Shown piece after piece: positions 26,759 to 35,180 of a stretch of DNA of 64,000 nucleotides. The notes below the pieces were generated by a model. That model was given only the letters and a program-made list of their open reading frames with translations, did not search any database and was not told where the DNA came from. The number at the start of each line of letters is the position of its first letter. The first letter of the stretch is position 1. Made by a program: the position numbers and the translations under genes. This DNA is from Eggerthellaceae bacterium (GTDB lineage Bacteria > Actinomycetota > Coriobacteriia > Coriobacteriales > Eggerthellaceae): contig JAFRLO010000043.1 in assembly GCA_017431165.1 (NCBI GenBank), positions 2,797-66,796 of the forward strand. The letters run 5' to 3'.

Positions 26759-27277
26759 ATGGAACTGCAAGCCGCATTAGAACAGCGTTACTCCTGCCGT
26801 AGTTTTCTACCAGATGCTCCAACGCAAGAGCAAATCAATGCGATTCTGGAAGCCGGTCGCATTGCGCCGACCGCCCGCAATCTCCAGCCGCAACGCATCT
26901 GGGTCATCACGAAGAAAGAGGACCTCGAAAAAATCTATGCTTGCACGCCTTGCCAATACGGCGCGCCAGTCGTGTTCATCATCGGCTACGACACCGATGT
27001 TGCCATGATGCATATGCAAGCTCGCGAACCATGGAGCTTCGGCAACGTCGACTCGGCAAGCGCGCTGGTTCAGATGCTTCTCAAGGCAACCGACCTCGGA
27101 TTAGCAACATGCTGGATAGGCCTGTACGATGATATGGCAGTACGCGCCAATTTCCCCATTCCCGAGAATGTCGAGCTGCGCGCACTCGTATTCCTCGGAA
27201 CCCCCGCCGAAGACGGCGAACCGAGCCCGAGGCATACCGAGCGTCTACCGCTCGACCAAACCGTCACATGGCTATAA
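26759..27277 (+). CDS. nitroreductase family protein
   Basis: ORF 26705..27277 trimmed to ATG 26759 (AAAGGA upstream). RYSCRSF...ILEAGRIAPTARNLQP motifs. Confidence 0.85.
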   Translation: MELQAALEQRYSCRSFLPDAPTQEQINAILEAGRIAPTARNLQPQRIWVITKKEDLEKIYACTPCQYGAPVVFIIGYDTDVAMMHMQAREPWSFGNVDSASALVQMLLKATDLGLATCWIGLYDDMAVRANFPIPENVELRALVFLGTPAEDGEPSPRHTERLPLDQTVTWL

Positions 27278-27336
27278 GTAATCCTCTTTCAGTCATCTGA
27301 TTGAAAGCATACGCTCTCAAAAGCTCTTATAACAAA

Positions 27337-27369
27337 AGGGCCTGACCATGAGGGTCAGGCCCTTTCTTT
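27337..27369. terminator. bidirectional intrinsic terminator (nitroreductase / PfkB kinase genes)
   Basis: 10-bp stem GGGCCTGACC (27337-27346) / GGTCAGGCCC (27352-27361), then TTTCTTTT. A-run upstream. Confidence 0.85.
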
Positions 27370-27388
27370 TGGATATCATGTCGATGTT

Positions 27389-28309
27389 TTACTTAGCATC
27401 CATCAGTGAAGCGTACTGCTCATCGGTAAGCGAAGCCCCTACAACTTGACAGACGGCTTCGCCCATCCGATTGGCAAACTGCAATGTCGAGAGCCAGTCT
27501 GCGCCTTTCGCACGCTGAGCCAACACAGCACCGAGATGCGAATCCCCAGCCCCCGTCGTATCGATCGCGTGAATGGCATGGGCCGTAGCATAATAATGCT
27601 TGCCATGCTCGAACGCATGGCTGCCGTGCGCGCCGTCGGTAACGACAACGGCAACGCCACATTGCTTGGCCATCTCAGCCCCCGCAGCTTCTAATGAATC
27701 CGAATCAGTGAATGCGCAAACCTCAGCAGCATTGAGATGCCAATTCGCCTGCAGCGAAATCAAACGGCCAATGCGTTCAGTATCGATTTGCGCAACAGAT
27801 GGTCCGGGCGAGAACCATATCTCTAGCTCGGGGTGTTGCTCGAGAAAATCGATGATCAAATCGCCGCCAGCACCGCCGATTTCATAACCGCACACCTCTA
27901 CGAAACCGAAACCAGTCGTATCAATCGATTGCAGCCAGTACGGTTCGCTTAAACGCTCGATTCCTGGCAGCGTTATCATCGTACGTTCGCCATCAGGTTG
28001 CACAAGGCATATAGCGGCACCGTTGTCGGGAGCACCCTCGATACGGAGCACATCCATGCCGCGCTTCGCAAGCTCGTATTGTGCGAATGCGGCGTACGGC
28101 CCCACGCCAATGGGGGCAATCAGACGGGTTTTCCCTCCTGCAAGGCGAATCGCATTCGCGGTATTGTAGGCACAGCCTCCCAATGCTTGACGATAGCCAT
28201 CCGCAATCACGCCCTGACCTGGAGATGGAATAGCATCAACCGGACACAGTATGTCCACCATGATCGAACCGATGCACAACACACCAGTTTGATTATTGAG
28301 AGAATTCAT
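27389..28309 (-). CDS. PfkB-family carbohydrate kinase (ribokinase-like)
   Basis: N-terminal VLCIGSIMVDIL and C-terminal DTTGAGDSHLGAV signature. Confidence 0.85.
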   Translation of the reverse strand: MNSLNNQTGVLCIGSIMVDILCPVDAIPSPGQGVIADGYRQALGGCAYNTANAIRLAGGKTRLIAPIGVGPYAAFAQYELAKRGMDVLRIEGAPDNGAAICLVQPDGERTMITLPGIERLSEPYWLQSIDTTGFGFVEVCGYEIGGAGGDLIIDFLEQHPELEIWFSPGPSVAQIDTERIGRLISLQANWHLNAAEVCAFTDSDSLEAAGAEMAKQCGVAVVVTDGAHGSHAFEHGKHYYATAHAIHAIDTTGAGDSHLGAVLAQRAKGADWLSTLQFANRMGEAVCQVVGASLTDEQYASLMDAK

Positions 28310-28312
28310 CGA

Positions 28313-28816
28313 TTATTCGACTTTCTCTTCGACGGCGTCTACTACATCAACAGCTTCCTCGTCCGCAGAAGCGCCAGCAGGCTTATCGAACGCACCAGCG
28401 CAGTGCGGGCAACGCGTTGCGCCTTCCTTGACTTCCTCGAGGCAGAACGGGCACAGAATCGGCTCGGCTGCAGCCTCTTCCTCCTCGTCCTTTTTGATTG
28501 CTTTCTCCGCCGTTGTCCTCATCTTGTTAAAGCCCTTTACCACAAGAAAGACGACGATCGCGACCAGAAGGAAGTTGATGACAGCACCGATGAATGCGCC
28601 GAAATCGATAGCGGTACCCGGAACGACCATGCCTCCGACAGCCACACCGTCAGGACCAACGGTGCCGCCCGTGGCAGCGCTGATCAACGGAGTCACGATA
28701 TTGGTGGTGAGTGCCGTCACGATAGCGGTGAACGCAGCGCCGATAGTCACGCCAACGGCCATGTCCATGACATTACCCTTGTTGATAAATTCCTTGAATT
28801 CGGATACGAGGCTCAT
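28313..28816 (-). CDS. mscL: large-conductance mechanosensitive channel with a C-terminal zinc-ribbon extension
   Basis: ORF trimmed to ATG 28816 (AAAGGAG upstream). FKEFINKGNVMDMAVGVTIGAAFTAIV is the MscL signature. The tail contains CPFC-x11-CPHC. Confidence 0.88.
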   Translation of the reverse strand: MSLVSEFKEFINKGNVMDMAVGVTIGAAFTAIVTALTTNIVTPLISAATGGTVGPDGVAVGGMVVPGTAIDFGAFIGAVINFLLVAIVVFLVVKGFNKMRTTAEKAIKKDEEEEAAAEPILCPFCLEEVKEGATRCPHCAGAFDKPAGASADEEAVDVVDAVEEKVE

Positions 28817-29012
28817 AGCATCTCCTTTCAGATTTAAAACCGCTTGCCAGTATACGCTTTTCATCCTCGGAAAAGGGACAGCACATATGAAATCCCCTTT
28901 CTCTCATCATTCGGGAACCGTGTTTGCGCATCGTTGCCCGAATACGTTCGTGCTATGATGCATACGATAGATTCAAATGCCATACAAAGTTGGAGTAGCA
29001 AAGGAGTCAAGC

Positions 29013-29957
29013 ATGGCAAGCAAGGGAACGCGCGATTTCGCGCTCGTGCTTTCTGGGGGCGCAGCGAAAGGCATCTACCACATCGGCGCTTTAAAGGCGA
29101 TACGGGAGTACGGCTTAAACATCACCGCTATGTCGGGCAGCTCCGTTGGCGGACTCAACGCGGTAGGCTTGACCTTCCTGGATCCTGCTCGCATCGAGGA
29201 AATGTGGGATGCATTCCGGTTCGATAACTTCTACACTGCAGCAGATTCACCTGATAACAGTTTGTCATCGCAAACCGGCGTACGAGCCGTAATCGAAGAG
29301 CTGGTCACAGAAGACATCTTCCCTGTTTCGAAGCCCGTCTATGTGACAATCGCCGATTCCCAAGGTACGCCAGAATACATAGACTTAGCTGGTCGTCCAA
29401 GACGTGAGGTCATCGATCTTTTGCTGGCAACATGCGCGATGCCGATAGTCTTCTCGCCGGTCACCTTCGAGGGTGAAGCATATATGGATGGCGGCGTTGT
29501 GGACAATCTGCCCGTCCTGCCGATTTACCTCGATGGGTACCGTGATGTCATCAGCATCAGTGCATCGCAAACGCTCAAAATCGATAAAGACAAATACTTC
29601 TTCGATAACCTCATCGAGATCACGCCGAGTAAAGACTTGGGCGGCATTATAGATGGAACGCTGAATTTCTCAGTGACCAGCAAGGCATTCGCAAAAGAGC
29701 TGGGCTATCTTGACGCAAAGCGCGCCATCGAGAAATACCTGATCGAACACGACATGGCAACGCCCGACATGGTCAAGCAAGCGCAGCTGGTTGACGAGGG
29801 ATACGGCTATAGCACGAAGAGCTATGAGCAGAGGCTTGCCGAAGCGCAGACCGCCCGAGAGGAAGCTGATTACCAGAACGCCCGCAAAGCCGCTAAGCAT
29901 GCCGAGTTAGAGGATCGCATATCCTCTACGTTCGACAAGCTTGAGAAATTCTTATAG
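29013..29957 (+). CDS. patatin-like phospholipase
   Basis: ORF trimmed to ATG 29013 (AAAGGAG upstream). Oxyanion LSGGAAKG, nucleophile elbow GSSVGG, catalytic DGG. Confidence 0.85.
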   Translation: MASKGTRDFALVLSGGAAKGIYHIGALKAIREYGLNITAMSGSSVGGLNAVGLTFLDPARIEEMWDAFRFDNFYTAADSPDNSLSSQTGVRAVIEELVTEDIFPVSKPVYVTIADSQGTPEYIDLAGRPRREVIDLLLATCAMPIVFSPVTFEGEAYMDGGVVDNLPVLPIYLDGYRDVISISASQTLKIDKDKYFFDNLIEITPSKDLGGIIDGTLNFSVTSKAFAKELGYLDAKRAIEKYLIEHDMATPDMVKQAQLVDEGYGYSTKSYEQRLAEAQTAREEADYQNARKAAKHAELEDRISSTFDKLEKFL

Positions 29958-29966
29958 GAGTCTGCG

Positions 29967-30362
29967 CTACTTTGCAGGGCAGCATTCAAGAGATTGGCGA
30001 ATGTGCTCAGTCCAACGCTGGAATGTATCTTCGCTGATAACATGCTCGATGCAACATGCCTCATTTTCGGCAACATCTGCCTTGACTCCTAACACTTCCG
30101 TGAAGAAGCGTGTAAGCGTATTGTGGCGCTCAAGCACCGCTGCGCCATACATTGCACCAGCGTCCGTAAGATAGATATCGCCGTAGGGCTGCTGCTCGAT
30201 AAAACCCTCTTCTCTGAGCACAGCGACGGCCTTGTTGACGCTTGGCTTCGAAACCCCAAGACGGTTTGCAAGATCAACTGAGCGAACTGGCAGGCGATCT
30301 GTACCAGCAAGTATCACGATAGCCTCAAGGTAGTCCTCGTTAGCCTGGGTTAGTTTTGCCAT
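29967..30362 (-). CDS. DtxR/MntR-family metal-dependent transcriptional regulator
   Basis: ORF trimmed to ATG 30362. MAKLTQANEDYLEAIVIL...VSKPSVNKAV wHTH followed by a metal-binding helical domain. Confidence 0.85.
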   Translation of the reverse strand: MAKLTQANEDYLEAIVILAGTDRLPVRSVDLANRLGVSKPSVNKAVAVLREEGFIEQQPYGDIYLTDAGAMYGAAVLERHNTLTRFFTEVLGVKADVAENEACCIEHVISEDTFQRWTEHIRQSLECCPAK

Positions 30363-30481
30363 ACTCGTATCCCTCTCTTGATGTGTCACCGCACTTACAT
30401 GGTACCTTAATTCACTGGTTGGCATATGCAGATTCTATCAATGGCAATACCGGAAAACACTATCGTTATATACTTTACCGC

Positions 30482-30886
30482 ATGAAGAAGCTATTCGCAC
30501 AATTTATGAAATTTGGAGTTGTCGGCGTCCTCGCGTTCGCGTTGGATTATGGCCTTCTCGCCTTCTTCACCGAGATACTCGGAATCGATTACCTCATAAG
30601 CGCAACCATAAGCTACATCATCTCCACTGTGTTCAATTATCTTGCGTCCATGCGCTTTGTGTTCCGCCACCGCGAGAATATGAGCAGAACGCGGGAGTTC
30701 GTGCTTTTCTTCATCGGATCGCTCATCGGCCTGGGAATAAACGACGGCTGCATGTGGCTGGGCGTCGAACTCCTCGGAGTGCACTATCTGATCACGAAGC
30801 TGTTCGCAACGTTCGTTGTCGCCATCTGGAATTTCGTGACACGCAAGATATTCCTCGATGCGGATCGGGAAAAGCTCGAACCCTGA
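30482..30886 (+). CDS. GtrA-family membrane protein (polyprenol-linked sugar flippase-like)
   Basis: ORF trimmed to ATG 30482. FMKFGVVGVLAFALDYGLL..., four hydrophobic segments, about 134 aa. Confidence 0.82.
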   Translation: MKKLFAQFMKFGVVGVLAFALDYGLLAFFTEILGIDYLISATISYIISTVFNYLASMRFVFRHRENMSRTREFVLFFIGSLIGLGINDGCMWLGVELLGVHYLITKLFATFVVAIWNFVTRKIFLDADREKLEP

Positions 30887-30997
30887 TTCCCGCCACGATC
30901 ACCCGCGCCGCTTGCGGTTTGCGTGTTGTTGGATAATAGTGTATAAGTGTCCACGTGTGTTTTCGCTCCTGTTTGGGCAGGACAGCTGGGCAAAAAC

Positions 30998-31009
30998 GTT
31001 TTCGAAAAC
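30998..31009. promoter_or_regulatory. perfect 12-bp palindrome GTTTTCGAAAAC just upstream of the GT2 gene
   Basis: Read directly from the sequence. It lies 15 nt upstream of ATG 31024, adjacent to the GGGGA SD. Confidence 0.25.
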
Positions 31010-31023
31010 ACGATTTGGGGATA

Positions 31024-32013
31024 ATGATGAGCGAACTATCATATCAAGATAAACGGAAGCACGTTCCCTGCTTGTGGTTCGTCATCCCCTGCTATAACGA
31101 AGAGCCCGTCATCCCCATCACCGCACCGATGTTTTTGAAGGAACTGGAGCACCTGATCGATTCGGGAAGGGTTTCCGCTGATAGCAAAATCGCCTTTGTC
31201 AACGATGGATCGACTGATTCAACATGGCAGATAATTGAAGAACTCGCACGGGCAAACGATAGCTTCGTCGGCTTGTCTTTGTCACGCAATCGGGGACACC
31301 AGAACGCTCTGCTCGCCGGACTCATGGAGGCTCGCAGCCAGTGCGATATCACCATCTCCGTCGATTGCGATGGGCAAGACGATATCACTGCTGCCACGAA
31401 AATGGTCGATGCATACCTCGATGGTGCGGAAATCGTTTACGGTGTTCGCTCGAATCGGGATAGCGATACCGCATTCAAACGTGGCTCGGCCGAGAACTTC
31501 TATCGCTTGATGAAGCTCATGGGCGCCGAAGTCGTCTTCAATCATGCTGACTATCGGCTCATCAGTTCGAAAGCGCTCGACGAGTTGGCGAATTTCGGTG
31601 AAGTCAACCTCTTCTTGCGCGGACTCGTTCCCATGGTCGGATTCAAAACCGCCGAAGTCTACTACACACGTACCGAACGCATAGCGGGTGAAAGCCATTA
31701 TCCCCTCGGGAAAATGCTCGGATTGGCACTGGACGGCATTACCAGCTTATCGGTGAAACCCATGCGCATCATTATGGGATTCGGGGCAATCTTCTTCGTC
31801 ATTGGCATAGCGCTTGCAATCTGGGCGATCATCACTGCGGCAATGGGCAATGCAGTTGCTGGCTGGACATCGACGATTTGCCTCATCAGCGTCATCGGCG
31901 GCTTGCAGCTTCTTGCATTGGGCATCATCGGAGAATACGTCGGAAAGACCTATTTGGAAGCGAAACGTCGTCCTCGCTATATTATCGAGAAGAGAACCTG
32001 GGAAGATCTCTAG
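31024..32013 (+). CDS. family-2 glycosyltransferase, polyprenol-phosphate sugar transferase (GtrB/CsbB-like)
   Basis: ORF trimmed to ATG 31024. FVIPCYNEE, NDGSTD, SRNRGHQNA, plus two C-terminal TM helices. Confidence 0.88.
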   Translation: MMSELSYQDKRKHVPCLWFVIPCYNEEPVIPITAPMFLKELEHLIDSGRVSADSKIAFVNDGSTDSTWQIIEELARANDSFVGLSLSRNRGHQNALLAGLMEARSQCDITISVDCDGQDDITAATKMVDAYLDGAEIVYGVRSNRDSDTAFKRGSAENFYRLMKLMGAEVVFNHADYRLISSKALDELANFGEVNLFLRGLVPMVGFKTAEVYYTRTERIAGESHYPLGKMLGLALDGITSLSVKPMRIIMGFGAIFFVIGIALAIWAIITAAMGNAVAGWTSTICLISVIGGLQLLALGIIGEYVGKTYLEAKRRPRYIIEKRTWEDL

Positions 32014-32072
32014 GCTATCGCCCCGTTCTCGACCACAACGACAACCAACTTGACACAGTAAGCCATACGTAC

Positions 32073-33674
32073 ATGCAACCACAGCTCGAACAAGACATGG
32101 CAAAAGAAAGCACGGCTCTAAAGCCCGAAGGAGGAATCGCCGGCTTTGCGAGGGCCGTTCCAGCTTTTCTTCAATCGGTGTATGCCATATATCTTGCCCT
32201 CGCATTCATCGCTGCGCTCTGCATCGCCCCATTCGTCGAATATGCGTGCAAGCCTTCTCTGACGGATTACAATGCGCTTTTCGCTATCGTCGGAATCGCA
32301 ATCGGCTTGGCGATTTGCGCGATTGTCTCGCGAACGATTGTCAAACAGAGGACACGCCAATCTTCACCGCGAAATCATTTTGGATTGATAATCGTAATCG
32401 GAAGCATCTGTTTGTTGGCCATCCAAATCATCATTTTCCTCGGCTGCCGCTTCGAAACAGGATGGGATGTTATGCGCCTCGTTCAAATGAGCAACGATGC
32501 GCAGACCATGTATGCCGAAACGCTGCCCGAGTATTATTCCATTTACCCGAACCAGCTTTTCCTTGGCGGCTTATTCCGACGCATTGGCACCATCGCTTCA
32601 TTCCTTGGCGTTTCCGATGTGTACGCAGCGCTTACCATCTGCAGTTTGGTTTGCGTTAACGTCTCAATCGCATTCGCCGCCTTCACCGCCGAGAAACTCG
32701 CTGGGAAGGCTGCTGGTTATTTCACCTTCGCGATAGCGGCATTGCTGATCGGCATCAATCCATGGATTTTGGTTCCTTATTCGGATACATTCGCGATGCC
32801 TGCAACGACGCTTCAGTTCTGGGCATATTTCTGCATAAAGAAAAAGCAGGTGCGATGGCCGATCATCGCAATCTGCGCCTATATCGGCTACTGCATCAAG
32901 CCGACAGCCATCTTCGCTCTTGCCGCAATCTGCATCGTCGCATTCTGTCGATTCCTCCGAAGAAAACAACTCGATAAAACGGAGTCTTCCCATTCGGCAA
33001 AAGAAACGATTGGGGCGATTATCGCAACATGCCTTGCATGTGCCATTGCCTTCGCCTTTACCATCTACGTAAAGGATTTCGGTATCGAAGTCGACCAAAA
33101 CCGTTCTTTCGGTATTCCCCACTATCTCATGATGGGAGCCAATGGGGAAACGAACGGCATATTCAGTTCCGATGACGTTGGCATCTCCCTCTCTGCGAGC
33201 ACCGCTGAAGAACGCTCGAAAATGAACATTGCCGAATGGAAGAAGCGCATTGCGGAGAACGGGTTCTTGGGCTGCGGGATCCTTGCCGCACGAAAGACAT
33301 TGACGAATTACACTGACGGCACGTTTGCCTTTGGCATCGAGGGCGCATTCTTCCAATCGGTCCAAGGCGACAATGAGACCTTGAAATGGTTCTTCGGAAT
33401 CGACAGTTCCGACCCTCCGTACGCTGTCATCGCTCAGATCCTATGGTTCTTGGTTTTGTTCGGAACCATCTGGGGAAGCATTCCGAGAAAAACCGCGAAT
33501 CACAAGGCGGCTGCTATCGCCATCGCGCTCCTCTTCCTCAGTGTATTCCTTATGGTTTTCGAATGCCGCGCGCGTTATCTCTACCTATTCGCGCCATCAT
33601 TCGTCGTCCTGTCATCTGCAGGATGGCTTTATCTTGCGAATCTCATCGCAAAAAGGCGGACCTCGAAACGCTGA
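32073..33674 (+). CDS. polytopic membrane protein, putative GT-C-fold glycosyltransferase (GtrC/YfhO/ArnT-like role)
   Basis: More than 10 hydrophobic segments. Positioned immediately after the gtrA-like and GT2 genes. The start is uncertain (ATG 32073 or 32097, no clear SD). Confidence 0.5.
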   Translation: MQPQLEQDMAKESTALKPEGGIAGFARAVPAFLQSVYAIYLALAFIAALCIAPFVEYACKPSLTDYNALFAIVGIAIGLAICAIVSRTIVKQRTRQSSPRNHFGLIIVIGSICLLAIQIIIFLGCRFETGWDVMRLVQMSNDAQTMYAETLPEYYSIYPNQLFLGGLFRRIGTIASFLGVSDVYAALTICSLVCVNVSIAFAAFTAEKLAGKAAGYFTFAIAALLIGINPWILVPYSDTFAMPATTLQFWAYFCIKKKQVRWPIIAICAYIGYCIKPTAIFALAAICIVAFCRFLRRKQLDKTESSHSAKETIGAIIATCLACAIAFAFTIYVKDFGIEVDQNRSFGIPHYLMMGANGETNGIFSSDDVGISLSASTAEERSKMNIAEWKKRIAENGFLGCGILAARKTLTNYTDGTFAFGIEGAFFQSVQGDNETLKWFFGIDSSDPPYAVIAQILWFLVLFGTIWGSIPRKTANHKAAAIAIALLFLSVFLMVFECRARYLYLFAPSFVVLSSAGWLYLANLIAKRRTSKR

Positions 33675-33679
33675 GAGCG

Positions 33680-34237
33680 TCATTTGAGTTTTGCGCTGCG
33701 CTCCCTCCAGTCGGGAAGATAAGCATCGAGTAAGGCTTTGAACCTTGGCCCATGACCCGATACGATAAGGTGGCACAGTTCGTGCACCACGATGTATTCC
33801 AAGCATTCGGGCGGATATAGGGCCAGGCGGGTATTGATGCAAATTCGACCCGTTTTCGGCTGGCAACTACCCCAACGGCTCGTCATGTTTCGATATGCCA
33901 GCTTTCCCGCCTTCACGCCAATGATGCGTTCCCATTTGGCGATAAGCGGAGGTGTCGCCTCCTTGACGACCTTCATCCACTCAGCAGCTTCTTTCTTCGA
34001 TGCGTCAGATGCACGCGCCATGGGGCGCTTCGCCAATTCGGCTCGCTGTTGGGCTATCCACAAACGCTTCTCTCGAATCAGGGCAGCGATCATGAAGTCA
34101 GGTGCATAATACGGCGCTGAAACGAGAAGGGGACCATCAGGCGACTTGATGCGAAGCGTGATTCCGCTAACGTTCTTACGGCTGATGCGCACTTGCTGGC
34201 CATCAATGATGACATCGGTGTTAATCGTACGTGCCAT
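33680..34237 (-). CDS. M48-family metallopeptidase (YgjP/DUF45-like)
   Basis: ORF trimmed to ATG 34237. HExxH context YIVVHELCHLIVSGHGPRF. Confidence 0.8.
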   Translation of the reverse strand: MARTINTDVIIDGQQVRISRKNVSGITLRIKSPDGPLLVSAPYYAPDFMIAALIREKRLWIAQQRAELAKRPMARASDASKKEAAEWMKVVKEATPPLIAKWERIIGVKAGKLAYRNMTSRWGSCQPKTGRICINTRLALYPPECLEYIVVHELCHLIVSGHGPRFKALLDAYLPDWRERSAKLK

Positions 34238-34245
34238 GTGCGCGA

Positions 34246-35109
34246 TCAGGCTTTCAGGACGATATCGTACGCCTCGTTGCGGCCAATACCGAAATCGCTT
34301 GCAATCGTTTTCGCGACATCTTTCTTCGACCGCCCGGCGGCAAGAAGCTCTTTTGCGCGAGCAGATGCATCGTGGCACGCACTACGCGCCTTTTCGAGTT
34401 CCTCCTGCTCGCTGGGTCCATCGAGCACCACGACGATCTCGCCCTTGACGGGTCCTGCGACAGCTCGTTTCGAGTACTCCTCAGCAACTTCAAGGGTCGT
34501 TCCTCGCACAATTTCCTCGTGTATCTTGGTGAGCTCGCGGCATACAGCCAGCTCTCGATATGGAAATGCCTCTGCTAGGAACGCGAGCGTTTTCAGCAGA
34601 CGATTGGGGCTTTCGTAGAACACAAGTGCAGCATCCAGATTTGCGAGGCTTTCCACCAGCGCGCGTTGTTCGTTAACCTTACGAGGGAAGAAACCTCCGA
34701 AGTAGTAATGCGGATTCGTGCATCCGCTTGCCACATATGCTGTTACTGCAGCGCTTGCGCCGGGCAAGACCTCAACGCATGCACCTTCATGTCGTGCTGC
34801 CTCTATCAGCCGAGCTCCAGGATCGGATACTCCTGGCATCCCTGCATCAGAGCAGAACGTGATGTTCTCCCCTGCCAAAACCCGCTCAACGATTGCAGGT
34901 GCTTTCGCGGCAATCGAAGCTTCATCCAAACGCTCCAAGCGCTTGCTGATGTCGTACGCTGCCAAGAGCTTGCCCGTTACGCGCGTATCCTCAGCGCACA
35001 CGGTGTCGGCGCTGCGTAAAGCCTCAAGTGCGCGCATGGTGATATCACCAAGATTGCCAATCGGTGTCGGACAGATAATCAGTTTTCCTTGCGATGTCAC
35101 GCTTTTCAC
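34246..35109 (-). CDS. rsmI: 16S rRNA (cytidine1402-2'-O)-methyltransferase
   Basis: GKLIICPTPIGNLGDITMRALEAL...AEDTR signature. GTG 35109 is preceded by GAAAGGAA; the ORF-track start 35148 is a TTG. Confidence 0.88.
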   Translation of the reverse strand: MKSVTSQGKLIICPTPIGNLGDITMRALEALRSADTVCAEDTRVTGKLLAAYDISKRLERLDEASIAAKAPAIVERVLAGENITFCSDAGMPGVSDPGARLIEAARHEGACVEVLPGASAAVTAYVASGCTNPHYYFGGFFPRKVNEQRALVESLANLDAALVFYESPNRLLKTLAFLAEAFPYRELAVCRELTKIHEEIVRGTTLEVAEEYSKRAVAGPVKGEIVVVLDGPSEQEELEKARSACHDASARAKELLAAGRSKKDVAKTIASDFGIGRNEAYDIVLKA

Positions 35110-35180
35110 AGCATTCCTTTCATACGATTCGCGATACCTGCCACGCAAAGGCCATGACAGTGATGCGAGCCGTTGATATC

